Shown here: piece by piece, positions 25,660-39,984 of the stretch | How positions within the stretch are numbered: position 1 is the first letter of the stretch | Layout of the letters: each line of letters starts with the position of its first letter | Assembly: GCF_001194135.2 (NCBI RefSeq) | Contig: NC_068998.1 | Location: forward strand, 15,133,919-15,197,918 | From: Octopus bimaculoides | Lineage: Eukaryota | DNA: 64,000 nucleotides | Direction: 5' to 3' | Made by a program: the position numbers and the translations under genes | Notes under the pieces: model-generated | Told to the model about the DNA's origin: nothing | Seen by the model: only the letters and a program-made list of their open reading frames with translations | Databases searched by the model: none

Positions 25660-26105
25660 CGGCGAGCTGGCAGAAAAGGTTAGCACGCCGGGCGAAATGC
25701 TTAGCAGTATTTCGTCTGCCGTTACGTTCTGAGTTCAAATTCCGCCCAGGTCGACTTTGCCTTTCATCCTTTCGGGGTCGATAAATTAATTACTAGTTGT
25801 GTACTGGGGTCGATCTAATCGACTGGCCCCCTCCCCCAAAATTTCGGGCCTTATGTTTAGACTAGAAAAGAATATTCAATATATACGAAGCCAAAAAAGG
25901 CGAACACACGGAATCAGTAGCACGCCGGGCGAAATATTTAGCGACATTTCGTCCGTCTTTACGTTCTGAGTTCAGATTCCACCAAGGTCGACTTTGCCCT
26001 TCATTCTTTTAGGATCGATAAAATGAGTACCAGTGGAACTCTAGGGACAAGGCCAGCAATTTCCCACGAAATTGCTGGCCTTGTGCCAAAATATGAAACC
26101 AATAT
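25660..26105 (+). mobile_element. Head-to-tail pair of Meta-domain SINEs
   Basis: GGCGAGCTGGCAGAAAAGGTTAGCACGCCGGGCGAAATG at 25660 and a second head at about 25900, each followed by a Meta core. Confidence 0.92.
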
Positions 26106-26644
26106 ATTCGAAGCCAGGATCCGAGAGTATGTTTTGCTGTCTTCTAAAATCTAGTTAAAACTGTTTTACTGTAGTTTAGATCTTTAGGGAGTTTACTTTT
26201 CACAAAAAAGAAAATTTTCATGTTCCCGCCTACGATAAAGCTTCCAAAAGGTCGCTTGAACATTTTGTCTCGCACTGAGAGAAAACAGGAAGACACATTG
26301 GGTAATGTATTCTCAGATATACAGTGAATAAATAGGTGAGTATATGCAATAAATTGGGAAATAACGATGAAATAAACGTAAAATATTCATTACAGTTTCT
26401 TCTCATGTCAAAAGCTCACAAGCAAGTCCCTGTTGCGTGTGTGTGTCTGTGAGAGCGTGTGTGTGTCTGATATGCATCTATATACACATGTAGATGTAAA
26501 TATGTACATATATGTGTATATACATGCATATATATTCTTTGTATTATGTATGTATGTATGTATGTACGGTGCTGGCATTGTTTTCTAGGTTTGTCTTTAC
26601 TCGCCTCGTTATGACCAATAGATTGTCCAGAATGTTGCTTTTAG

Positions 26645-26697
26645 GTACCTACGGGAAAATTTAACTTCAGCGTACACGAGATATCAGAATAAACATC
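26645..26697 (+). other. Candidate 53-nt exon (YLRENLTSAYTRYQNKH)
   Basis: TGTTGCTTTTAG|G acceptor, ATC|GTAAGC donor, one open frame; no recognised homology. Confidence 0.18.
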
Positions 26698-26744
26698 GTA
26701 AGCTGTCTTGCTCAAACCTTTAAAAGTAGCATCAAAACTGCGAT

Positions 26745-26860
26745 GAAACGGTACTTATTTATCGACTCTGAAAGGATTAAAGATAAAGACGACCTCGGCG
26801 GCAAGATTTGGACTCAGAGAAATGGATCCCGAAGGAAAATGACTAATCCTTCATTCTGAG
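26745..26860 (-). mobile_element. Degraded Meta-domain SINE
   Basis: GGTACTTATTTATCGAC...AAAGACGACCTCGGCGG...ACTCAGA. Confidence 0.7.
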
Positions 26861-27003
26861 TTTTCTACAGTGAATATAAACTTAGTTTTTGTAGCATGAT
26901 ATGTAATTACGCAACATTGTATTAGAAAATTGTTCAGTATAATTTGTCTTCTTAATTAATGTAATTAACTAGACGAGGTTTTTTTTCCATGAACAAATAC
27001 AAT

Positions 27004-27035
<32 letters not shown>

Positions 27036-27097
27036 AGAAGAAGAAGAAGAAGAAGAAGAAGAAGAAGAAGAAGAAGAAGAAGAAGAAGAAGAAGAAG
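27004..27097 (+). repeat. (GAA)n trinucleotide tract
   Basis: Near-perfect GAA array. Confidence 0.98.
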
Positions 27098-27490
27098 GCA
27101 AGTGTAACCGTAGCTGTAACATCTACAGCTTTAGTTAATGCAATACTAATTAACCACCATTGTCTAATTATAAACACAGGCTGCACACGTATACCAGTTA
27201 TAGACTTGTTACATTGCATCTGAGCATACGGGAGTACGTGCGTGTGTATAATATATATATGTGTGTGTGTGTGTGTATATGTGTATGTATACATACATTT
27301 ACATATCTACACATTTACATATTTATATATATAAACATACGCACATACAAACATTTACATGTGTATATACATACATATATGATACATACATAAAGTATAC
27401 ATATACAGATATACATGTGTGTGTACATATATATATACATATATATATATATACATACATACATATATATATATACACATGCACCTACAC

Positions 27491-27529
<39 letters not shown>

Positions 27530-28320
27530 NNNNNNNNNNNNNNNNNNNNNNNNNNNNNNNNNNNNNNNNNNNNNNNNNNNNNNNNNNNNNNNNNNNNNNN
27601 NNNNNNNNNNNNNNNNNNNNNNNNNNNNNNNNNNNNNNNNNNNNNNNNNNNNNNNNNNNNNNNNNNNNNNNNNNNNNNNNNNNNNNNNNNNNNNNNNNNN
27701 NNNNNNNNNNNNNNNNNNNNNNNNNNNNNNNNNNNNNNNNNNNNNNNNNNNNNNNNNNNNNNNNNNNNNNNNNNNNNNNNNNNNNNNNNNNNNNNNNNNN
27801 NNNNNNNNNNNNNNNNNNNNNNNNNNNNNNNNNNNNNNNNNNNNNNNNNNNNNNNNNNNNNNNNNNNNNNNNNNNNNNNNNNNNNNNNNNNNNNNNNNNN
27901 NNNNNNNNNNNNNNNNNNNNNNNNNNNNNNNNNNNNNNNNNNNNNNNNNNNNNNNNNNNNNNNNNNNNNNNNNNNNNNNNNNNNNNNNNNNNNNNNNNNN
28001 NNNNNNNNNNNNNNNNNNNNNNNNNNNNNNNNNNNNNNNNNNNNNNNNNNNNNNNNNNNNNNNNNNNNNNNNNNNNNNNNNNNNNNNNNNNNNNNNNNNN
28101 NNNNNNNNNNNNNNNNNNNNNNNNNNNNNNNNNNNNNNNNNNNNNNNNNNNNNNNNNNNNNNNNNNNNNNNNNNNNNNNNNNNNNNNNNNNNNNNNNNNN
28201 NNNNNNNNNNNNNNNNNNNNNNNNNNNNNNNNNNNNNNNNNNNNNNNNNNNNNNNNNNNNNNNNNNNNNNNNNNNNNNNNNNNNNNNNNNNNNNNNNNNN
28301 NNNNNNNNNNNNNNNNNNNN

Positions 28321-29044
<724 letters not shown>

Positions 29045-29045
<1 letters not shown>

Positions 29046-29420
29046 TAAAAACTAATACATGCTAACTTAATTAGCAGGGATGTTATCCTGAGTTTAGTCG
29101 CTAACAAGTCTTAAATCTCAAAAATGTTTTTTTCTTTTTCTTTAAGGATTCTTGCAAGAGAATCTGCATAGGTATATGAGGCCGTTTGCACCTGTTATTT
29201 TCTCAACATTGATTTTCGTTAAGAATCCACCTTAGTCTCTTTACTACTTTACACAGCTTTTCGCTTTCGATAGCTCTTAAAACTAATTAAATTAGCAGTG
29301 ATGTTATCCTGAGCTTCGCTAAAAAGTCTCCTTAAATCTCAAGAATCTAATTTTTTCTCAAGGTTTCTTGCAACAGAAACTGCAAAGTATATGAGGTCTT
29401 TTGCACCTGTTACTTTTGAC
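29045..29420 (-). mobile_element. Two tandem copies of an R4/Dong-like 3' end
   Basis: TTAGCAG(G/T)GATGTTATCCTGAG...AAATCTCAA at 29071 and 29292, homologous to the 3' end of the LINE at 6660. Confidence 0.75.
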
Positions 29421-29464
29421 CGTTTCCACCTCTCGTTTTATCAGTAATTTTTGTATTATCAAAA

Positions 29465-29860
29465 CTTTGAAGTTGTTACCGCAAGGACAAAATGTTAAGC
29501 GGCATTTTTTCCGGGATTTTACGTTCTGTGTTCAAAGGCCATCGAAGTCGACTTCACCTTTCATTCCTTCAGGGTCCGGTAAAATAAGTACCAGGTAAGT
29601 ACCGAAGTCCATGCAATCGAATTACCCCATCTTAAAACTGCTGGCCTTGTGCCAGAATTTGAAACCACTACATAAGGTGGCGAACTCGCAGAATCGCTAC
29701 CTCGTCGGAAGAAATGCTTTATGTCCTGAATTCAAATTCCGCTCAGGTGACTTTACCTTTCATCCTTTCGAGGTCGATAAAATAAGTACTAGTCGAGAAT
29801 TAGGGTCGATCTAATCGTCATCCTCCTCTCCCTGAAGGTTGTCGGCCTTGAACCAAAGAT
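29465..29860 (+). mobile_element. Head-to-tail pair of Meta-domain SINEs
   Basis: Two Meta cores (CCTTTCATTCCTTCAGGGTCC and CCTTTCATCCTTTCGAGGTCGATAAAATAAGTAC); second head AAGGTGGCGAACTCGCAGAATCG. Confidence 0.85.
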
Positions 29861-30012
29861 CAACGAGGGAAATAACTGGGAAACAGGACAAGTAACATAA
29901 AGAACGACCCTTCATCAGTTGTTGGCTGTCCATCTACTCCTCATTTCGAGCATTGTTTGCGTTGTTTGCGTACTCAACTCATTTGTTTTTGTATTTCATG
30001 TTGTTTACGGTT

Positions 30013-30065
<53 letters not shown>

Positions 30066-30481
30066 GTATTTAATATATGTACTTAATGGCCTGTTGACAA
30101 GCGTACATATCTTGTGCGCATTCATTCATACACACATGTCTACATAAGACTGACAGCATAAGCTGTTTTGTGCTCTGTTTGACTAGTATGACTAATCGAA
30201 TAGTAGTTATGAAAATGATTATGATAAAATGCTCTTAAGTAGTGCCAGACAGCTATCGATTAGCTCTATAAAAAGAGAAGGGGGGAAATAGTCTATGCAG
30301 CGACACCAATTCTACATTCCTACACATTTATGTGTTGCATATTCTATTCAGTCCATTCCATTCATTCCAGAATTAATAATAAATTCCTTCCATGGAATTT
30401 CATTCATTCAAGCAACAAGTTAAGCTTTTATTTATTAGCTTGTGTTGAGAATGCTTGGATTATAGATGTTTGTATAGGATT

Positions 30482-30512
<31 letters not shown>

Positions 30513-31033
30513 ACACTATATCAGCCTTAATCGACTGACACTATGATCAAAATAGTCCAACTGTAACCATCCCACTATCTCCCCCACCCCCAGATATTGT
30601 GTATCTACAACTAAAATACCCAGTATGTCGTCCTTTCAGTAACGATGTGATTTCAGAGAGAAAATAGCTGCTATTTTTTATAGGCTGAGCGGTAGTGTCG
30701 TGAGCAGTTCAATAATTTCAGTATCTTCTTCATCTAGTTGTGCTAATTCGGCTTTGTCTGGCTGAATCCCATCACAATTCCTCATAGCGTTCGGATGTTC
30801 AACAGTGTTACGTCTCTTATCAGTATAGAGCCGGTCAATGGAATTTTTTTCCTAGTCGGCTGACCTATGTATATTTATGGCAAATTGCTCATAGCAGTAT
30901 ATTGTTAATGAGTTCGTACTGAGCACTCCACTAATATTCTTGTATTGCAGTTCTAACGCTGAGTGGAGTAATGTACTTAAATGTAAAACAATTATCAAAC
31001 AAATGTTACAGCGCGGAAATATATACGCTATAG

Positions 31034-31179
31034 CAGTCATAGGCAAACTGGTGTCTGTAGGACTTTTTGAATGGCACACCTACGAAAAATGATCTTAACA
31101 TATCTTTAGTAGTGCGGCCCACTTGATAATGAATCATGTTTCATGCGGCCTGCTTCTCGAGAAAAGTTGCCTGTATCTG
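31034..31179. mobile_element. hAT/Charlie-like MITE
   Basis: Imperfect TIRs CAGTCATAGGCAAACT and AAGTTGCCTGTATCTG, internal TGCGGCC motifs, and flanking 8-mers CGCTATAG and CATTATAA sharing a central TA. Confidence 0.55.
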
Positions 31180-31432
31180 CATTATAACATCTAATTTCTT
31201 CCTTGCAGAAGCCTTTACATATTATATATAACAACCAAATCTCCGTCAAAGCACGCCCAAGCGTCTTAGGTGGATAATCGGATCGTAGAGACGGACGGGA
31301 TGATCACGCTGGAAAACCTTTCATCAACATATGTGGTTGTTCACTCAGGAATGGTGTTGGGCTAACCGCCAGTATTACAAACGACAAAAATAGCCTCTTC
31401 TAAAGTTCAAAGCCGAAATCCTGTCGTGGTTG

Positions 31433-31680
31433 ACCGGTCTCAGGACAAAATCCCCCGAGAACAAAATCCCGCCGAGGACAAAATCCCCCGAGGACAAAAT
31501 TGTTATTGTTCTAATCAATAATAAATATTTTAATTTTTTTTTTTATAAAATTTCACTTCCGTAAAATATATTTATTATGAAGAAAGAGCAATATCCCCCG
31601 GAATTATTGACAGTTGGGGGATTTTGTTCGGAAGGATTCTGTCCGGGGACGGGTTTGTCCGGCGGAAATTTTTTCCCAGT
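31433..31680. mobile_element. Foldback/Mutator(Phantom)-like MITE with tandem sub-repeats in the TIRs
   Basis: Four GGACAAAATCCCCC-type units on the left, an AT-rich spacer, and inverted GGGGGATTTTGTTC-type units on the right; ends ACCGG and CCAGT. Confidence 0.7.
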
Positions 31681-31765
31681 ACTAGATTAACGATATCTTC
31701 CATTACTTAGAAGATCGATAAATATATTTTCCAGGAATATGCTGATGTTGATTAAATAGATTCAC

Positions 31766-31824
<59 letters not shown>

Positions 31825-31829
31825 TGAAC

Positions 31830-32580
31830 GAGTAACCTTATGCTGTGGTTGAAAATGACATGATGCGGCAGAAAAACCTCCCAAAAGTTTTTTGTCCAGT
31901 TACCATCATGATTTGAACCGATGTACCCCATGCGTTTGCTGTTTATCAAGAAGGATGCATCTGGAAAGATTTTTTGTTTCAGTTTTTTTGCTCCCTGTAT
32001 TAATATGGCGTTGTGAGAGATCTTATTACAACAATAAGTTATCAGCAAGCAGAACAATATCTACGACCAGTTTTAAATTCTTGAAACAATTTTAATGGAG
32101 CAATTCTGCTTCCCTTGAGTGATTCGAAATGTTTACAGTTGATTGGAATTTTTCAACGGAATTTGTTTTATCATATTATTTTCCTGAAGCCATCCTTCAA
32201 CGTGAGTCATATTAATACGTATTCTTCAACGAGGTTGTGTATCCTTCATAAATAAAAATTCAACCCCTGCACATATCTACAAAAAAAATATTTGCACTTC
32301 ACAACATTTAAATGTGAGCAACATCTGTTTGAAATTGTGTCGTTTATTGTTGAAGACAAGATTGGCACGCATGCGTTGTAGAATGTTTTTCGGGTTTTCT
32401 GCTCATGGACTTTTGTATTTATTGATGATGTTTCTCCTAGATTTTACAAGACCGAGTTTTTACGAGCTTGTGAGACATCAATCATCTCGGATAGGAACAT
32501 CAGTTTATAGCGTTTTCCCTTTCCATTGATTTTCATGAAAAGAAAAACGTAATTTTAATGATTCATGTGGTTCCAAGATC
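31830..32580 (-). pseudogene. Possible decayed FLYWCH/MULE transposase N-terminal region
   Basis: Minus strand reads FIYEGY...ISNHSREAELL...FKNLK with many stops, resembling FLYWCH (xGYxY...HNH); weak; adjacent to the foldback MITE. Confidence 0.3.
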
Positions 32581-33148
32581 CATAGAACGAACCAATGTAT
32601 CGCCTTCTTTATGTCGTGTGTCGAGGTCAAGATAGTTTAGTGGATCTCATCATTAATGCAGACCCAAGCCAAAGACCTACCCACTAGAAATGCCAACTAT
32701 ATCGCCCTTTAGTCTTTTCCTAAAAAGAGAGAAAAAGTATGATATATAAAGTAATGTAGTTATTTATATATTGTATCTGAACAAAGGCGGGAAGGCCACG
32801 GAGGGGATCTCTTTGATCACAGTCAGTTTCGACCAGGCTACTGCTATTTCCCTTCTTCGCTAAACTTTACCCTAAGCAATAAATTATGTTATCCGCTCAC
32901 TTCTAGAGTAGCAGCCCTGCTGAACACTTCTACTTTCCGATGTCCCTCTTCATATGATGCATGAACCTCAAATTTTTCAAACACAAATATCGAAAACATA
33001 AATCATTCAAAATTTATGTGTTATGTATTGATCCTATTCATTTATTACAGTCATCTGATTTTAAAATGTCCCAGAAAATCTAAGCAAATGCTTTCTTTTG
33101 AAGATTCAATGATGAAATTCATTTCTATAAAGAATCGATTCATAGGTA

Positions 33149-33598
<450 letters not shown>

Positions 33599-33714
33599 TA
33601 TGAAATAAAGCACCACAGTTTCCTCTGTTTTGTGTATGACACTTTAAAGGAGATGCCGTCATGTTAAGTAAAGCGTAAATGAATCAATATCGTTCTCCAT
33701 ATTCTTGAAACTAA

Positions 33715-34420
33715 AGAGTCAGTGAAATGGCAAAATCAGTAGAGCATAAATGCTTTGCGGGGTATATCACTATAACCTATATGTTCTGCGATCACGAGGT
33801 CAATAAAATGAAGTACCAGTCAAGTACTAGGGTAGATATAATCGACTGCCTCTCCTCCGCTCATATATTAACATGGAATGGCTGAAATGAGTGTCATACA
33901 AAATGCTTTATGGTATTTAGTTACGGCCCTTTGCGTTCTGCGTTCACAGCCCGCCATGTTAGCATTGCATTTCCTCTCTGCAGAGTCAAACATTTTATTC
34001 CATTTAAGCAAGAATGTCGCTCCTGCACCCTGTATTGATTTCAAGTTTTGACACAAAACCAGCAATTTCGGGGGAGGAGGTAAATCGATTACATTGACTC
34101 AAGTACTTGACTGGTATTTATTTTATCGATCCCGAAGGAGGAAAGGCAAAGTCTACTTCGGCGATATTTGAACTCAAAACATAAAGACGGACGAAATGCC
34201 GTCCATTTTTACGCGGACGTAAACAAACCAACACCGATTGTCAAAAAGTGAGCTGTGGTTGACCAAACACAATCAACAAGACACACAATTTCTGTATACC
34301 AAATTTATTCACAAAGCATTTGTTGGTCTAGACCTATATTTTCCCAATGTGCCGCGGAGTAAGACTGAACATAAAACCACATGGTTACAAAGAGATCCTC
34401 TTAACTACGCAACCATGACT
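33715..34420. mobile_element. SINE cluster: Meta (+, 33715-33860), Meta (-, 34020-34205) and OR2-like head (-, 34230-34420)
   Basis: Diagnostic cores on both strands. Confidence 0.7.
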
Positions 34421-35248
34421 ACACCTAATATTTGAATTTACTTCGGTTCTTGTAATTCTTAAAATATAGCATGAAGAATATTGCTACATTCGCAATTTTT
34501 CTGCATACCTTCGCAAGAAATCAAGAATTAAAAAACTGAAACCTCAAATCGAATCAGTGAACATTGTAAGTTTATGATATTAAACTTAGATAATTCTTAT
34601 ACAGATGTATACTTTAAATAGAGATCTATTTTTATGACACAGTTATTCAGAATATTCCCCATAAAGATATGAGGAGCAGTAATTATAATGATGCTACATA
34701 AGAATCTAGAGTTAATTGTTAACACCCTAGAAATTTAATATTTGCCTGTTGGCCACCAACTTTAATACTTGTACTGCACATATACTTCATCACTTTTTAT
34801 ACTTCAGATTAATTCAAGATCTTTAATGATCCGCAGACGAAATACTTATCTTGTCATTTCTTCCTGAGAAAGAACGCTTCTTCAAACGAAATAGAGAAAG
34901 ATTCTCTTTAGAGACTAACAAGACGCAAAGGTCAAAATCAAAGTGAATCACAGCTATTATTTTGATATGAGAGACTTAGATTTAGGTACAACACAGACAC
35001 CACTGATAAATGAATCGATATTATTAATTGAATAATGGCAGATTATCAATATACTCATCATTACTTTATTCCAGATAGCATTTTGCTCTTTGTTTCGTAT
35101 GTTCTTTTAAACGAACGAAGACATACAATATGTGTGTCTACGTGTGCGTGGATGTATGTGTGCATATATATNNNNNNNNNNNNNNNNNNNNNNNNNNNNN
35201 NNNNNNNNNNNNNNNNNNNNNNNNNNNNNNNNNNNNNNNNNNNNNNNN

Positions 35249-35313
<65 letters not shown>

Positions 35314-35739
35314 TGTGTGTGTGTTCGATATACAGACAGATATGAGACGAATAGATGAGCTGGCGCGTAATCAAAGAACACGAAGAGAGACTGAACTGAA
35401 ATTAGTAATAGCAACAAATGAATTCCAGCTCTTCTTTAAATCGCATCAAAGATGCTTCAAAAATAAAAGAAGAATATAATTGAGTAATTTTCTTCTGTAT
35501 ATCTTCATAGTATTTCTTGTGATTGTCATGACAAAGTATTGTAAGTTCCAAGATAAAATGTTACATCCGACTTATAAAAGACTACATATAATGAAAATTA
35601 TCTATCAACAACACCTCTATCGTGATTGCAATTCTCGGAACCGCAGCAGACACGTTTATTTTCCTAATGTTAATATTGTAAGTGCTGGCGCAAGGCCACA
35701 AGAAAGGATATATTACATTTGACACAACAAAAGATTGAT

Positions 35740-36010
35740 AGCTCATTTTATCGATCCCACAGAGATGAAAGACAAAGTTTACCGTCTTAAGATTTGAACA
35801 TAGAAAAGAAGTTAAACGGAACTTAATACTGCAATATGCTTGTTTATACAGAAAATGCGCGCGGCTTAATAGTTATGGTGTTCGGCTTACGTTCAAAAGA
35901 CTGTGATTTCAATTCCTGGATTGTGCAATGCGCCGTCTCTTTGTGCTAGGCATTTCGTGGAACGTTGCTCCAATCAGCTCTGCTGTAGTACTGTACCGAC
36001 CGATTTCTTG
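35740..36010. mobile_element. Meta SINE fragment (-) and CORE-type SINE head (+)
   Basis: TCATTTTATCGATCCC...GAAAGACAAAGTT, and GCGCGCGGCTTAATAGTTATGGTG...GATTTCAATTCC. Confidence 0.6.
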
Positions 36011-36093
<83 letters not shown>

Positions 36094-37699
36094 CTGTCAC
36101 ATCATGGATGTTCTGCTGAGTCAAATGTGAAGAGAAAGTGTCTTTATCTACTTAATATCACATAGTCACCTAAAGCAATTATGCAATGAGCAAAAGCACG
36201 GTGTCTGCTACGAAACTATACTTCCTAGTAAGTGACGGTTTGTTACACTGTTTCTCCACCATCCTCTCTTGTATTAATATACAGGCATCGTATATAAGCT
36301 GAATAGATAAGGTGTGTGATTACTAGCTGATGGTTGTTCACAATCGTACTCTGAAATTGGTATGGTCAGTACCAAACATTTTCTGGTTTTGATCTATTTT
36401 TAAGGAAAAGAAATGGAAAAGGCTACTTGCCTATTATTGACAACCAATAATTTATGTACAAAATGATTAATAAAATTATTACATTCGTGAGACGACTGCA
36501 GTAGTTGGTTAGCGGATTTACGGAACAGCTATCACTACCTCATGGAGAAAAAACGGGCAAGGAGTTGAACCAAAGATTAATTGTTTTATGTATTAATTGG
36601 TTGTCGACAATAGGAAAGTAACTGGAAAAGATCAAAACAAATGTATATTACTGAAAGTTCAATTATATTGAGATTTTATAAAATAAGTAAAGAAGAAATA
36701 GAAAAAGGTGGAATAAAAAGGGAAATTTGCAATTTCTCTCGTGGTGTGTGCAGTCCTTTTTTTCAAATTCAGTCTCAGTGCACTGGTCTCTTCACCTTTT
36801 ACGGCTTGTTGGGATATTTTGTGTTCAATCTTTTAGTATAGATATTTTTTTACGAAAAAGGATCTAATTTTTTGTAACCTATCTTCTCTTGAAAAGAGGG
36901 AACCAGACACACACACGCATACTCACACACACACGCATACTCACACACATACTTTCTATATGTGTTTGTGTGTATGTGTGTGTCTCTTTATGTATGTATG
37001 TATGCATGTATGTATGTCTGTATGTATGTATGTATGTATATATGTACATAATTCTGTAATAGAAATCATTACCAAATTAATTACTTGAAGAATGTTTTTA
37101 ATTCGCCTGTAAATTCTATCAAAGTTAGGTTTAGGTACACCAGAACTAAATAGCACGTTAGTCGAAGACACTCAATACATTCTTATTCATGTAAGACGGC
37201 AAGATATAATATGGAAGATTTTTACTGCTATTTCAAGTGAGTGACTAATAGCGCAGAGGTAATCGAGTACTAGAAGGGCTATTTCGCTGGACTCATTTCA
37301 TCTTCCGCCATCGGACCGGACCGGACGTTGACAGGCTACCTTCGCTGTGTTTATTGAAACCTCGTCTCTCCTAAGGCGGTTTTCGGGTGGCTGGCTCTAG
37401 GTTTGCAAGCTCAGCAGAAAAGGAGGCGTTCGGAGAGATGTAAAAAAAAATTAAAAAATAGAGGGATGAAAGTATAAAGAGGTGAGATAAAAGAAAACGA
37501 CAAACAATGATAGCTGGGAAAGGAAGGGGGAAAGAATAAGGAAAAGCGGTGCCGGGGAAGAGTTTGAACGAAATTGTACAGCAAGAAATCCATGTATTTG
37601 CTAGTGAGAAGTTTAAGCGGGAAAGAGAGAGAGATTGAGAGTGGAGATAGAATTCGAGGAAGATGAGGAAGAGGTGGCTGCGTTGAAGAAACACCTTGT

Positions 37700-38095
37700 A
37701 GTATTTTTCATAGCTCTTTTCATTCTAAGTTCAAATCCCACCGAGATCAATTTTTGTCTTTCATCACTCCGAAACTGATGCAATAAAGTACCAGTCACGT
37801 ACTTGGGTAGATGGTATCGACCAAACTCGCTCCCCTCAAGACTGCTGGTTTTATTCATAAATTAGAAACCATTGTCATAGCCAGATGATTGGCAGACTCG
37901 TTACAGAGCTGGAAAAATACGCCGCGGAATTTTTTCCGGCTCTTTGCTATCTAAGTTCGAATACCAATAAGACTAACTTTTCATCACTCCAGGGCCGATA
38001 AAATAAAATACCAGTCAAGTACTGGGGCTGATGATACACTAACACCTTCCCTTGAAAACATCTGGTAATGTGCCTTAATTAGAAACAACTATTAT
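37700..38095 (+). mobile_element. Head-to-tail pair of degraded Meta SINEs
   Basis: AAGTTCAAATCCCACCGAGATC and AAGTTCGAATACC B-boxes, each with an AAAGTACCAGTCA-like core. Confidence 0.7.
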
Positions 38096-39233
38096 TCGTT
38101 TGATAACCCAAAAGATTTCATACGCTTATGCATACCAGTAAGTGTCCGAGTTGGAAACACTGATAAGTACCAGCAAGACTACATTTCAAGAAGTAATTAA
38201 AAGGAAACAAATGCTTAATTTTCCTCAAACGTTCAATTAATTCTCCAGCTTTAATCTCTATACTTTGACTTTGGTTATATAACATTTCAACTGATTGAAA
38301 AGCATTTCGGTAGCTTTTAAGGGTTCATTAAATTTATCTGATTGAGAGAATAACTACAACACAAAATGAAGAGTCGTTGATCATTAGAACAATACGGTTA
38401 AAATCTGAAATCCAAGGATAATCGTGTCTTTATCGACACTCTGCAAAAAGCTATATTCCAAAACAAACCGCATTTACCCACTCTTCATAAAGATTGAGAT
38501 TAGTGACATACAACGTACGATTCTGGGTGAAATTATTGTAATTTTTGCTCCAGAATTACAAAATTTTATTGTATGTATGTGTATACATGCAGGCGTGCAT
38601 GTTTGAGTATGCATGTCATGTATGTATATGTATGCGTGAAATTGTATTTGTACATCCGCCGTTCTATTAATATTTTACTTCACCTTCTCTGAAATCCAGA
38701 AATGCAGACAAAAATCGATAAGCGACAATACTTGTTCACCTAAATGAGACAACTATTGTGACACTTTAGAATCTGAAATTCTCGTTTCGTTTCCATATGT
38801 CAATAATCGTTCTGAAATATGAAACAATAAATAATAGATAATTCTGGTCGAACTTCGTCAAACCTAACTTTTAACAATTGGTGTTCACCTTATGTTGCTT
38901 TAAAAACATTATAGGAACGTATACGAACCTATGGCACGAGTATATATTTTACAGGATTACAATTAGTAATCGATTTATTGCAGACGTAATGTTTGCATCA
39001 GCTGCAAGGTGAAATTATATTGCAGTGACCGTTGTTTTATTGGTCTTGTTCCAGAATGGAATGTCAATTTTTATTACACTTGCATATTATTCCTGATTAT
39101 TTGGTATAATAATCTGCACTATTCTTTATTTATAGAACTAACTATTCGGCCCTCGGCACTTTTGTTCATATAATGAATGCGCGCGTGTGTGTGTGTGTCT
39201 GTGTATGCATGTATGCATGTATGCATGTAGGTA

Positions 39234-39293
<60 letters not shown>

Positions 39294-39591
39294 TATATAA
39301 ACTTTATTTAAATATATATATATATATGTGCATCACATTTTCTCGGTTCGGATTATGGTTGTTTTCAAATTTTATATATGATAATTCGTGTTCTTAGGAT
39401 ATTATATAGTACTATGGTATATACGCCTCCTCAGCAGCTTCTTAACAATGTACTGTCGGCAATACAGTTTGGTTTTTTTTCCTTTCTTCGCAACTAATCT
39501 CAATAAAGTCCCTAGAAAGTTAGGCAACTAGCATAATACGTAGATGTTCTATTAGTTTAATGCTTAAATATATACAAACATATGTACACGT

Positions 39592-39636
<45 letters not shown>

Positions 39637-39984
39637 CGTACGTGTACCTTTTGAAAATCCTTGCGTATTGGGCAGTGTGGCCGTCGTCCAGCCGACAGAC
39701 TTACTGAACATCTACGAGGTGTCCCTTTCCAGAAAGAATACTCCTCATGCCTGCCATCTCTGCTCAAATAACCGCTTCGCCCAAAAACACATGGTGTTTG
39801 GTCTGGCCTTACATCATGGATCTACTACGAATAGTCTTCGCAAAGATCACCGAAACACTTTCTTATTACGAACTTATATACAGTATAATAATATATATAT
39901 GTATGCATGTATGCATGCATGTATATGTTGGTCAGTAGTTCATATATCCGAAGAGAAGCACACTTTAAAACATTAGAGCAATAA

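Noticed and set aside
29590-29602. Perfect CAG|GTAAGT donor site
   Set aside because: It lies inside a Meta SINE copy and no matching acceptor or exon is evident.
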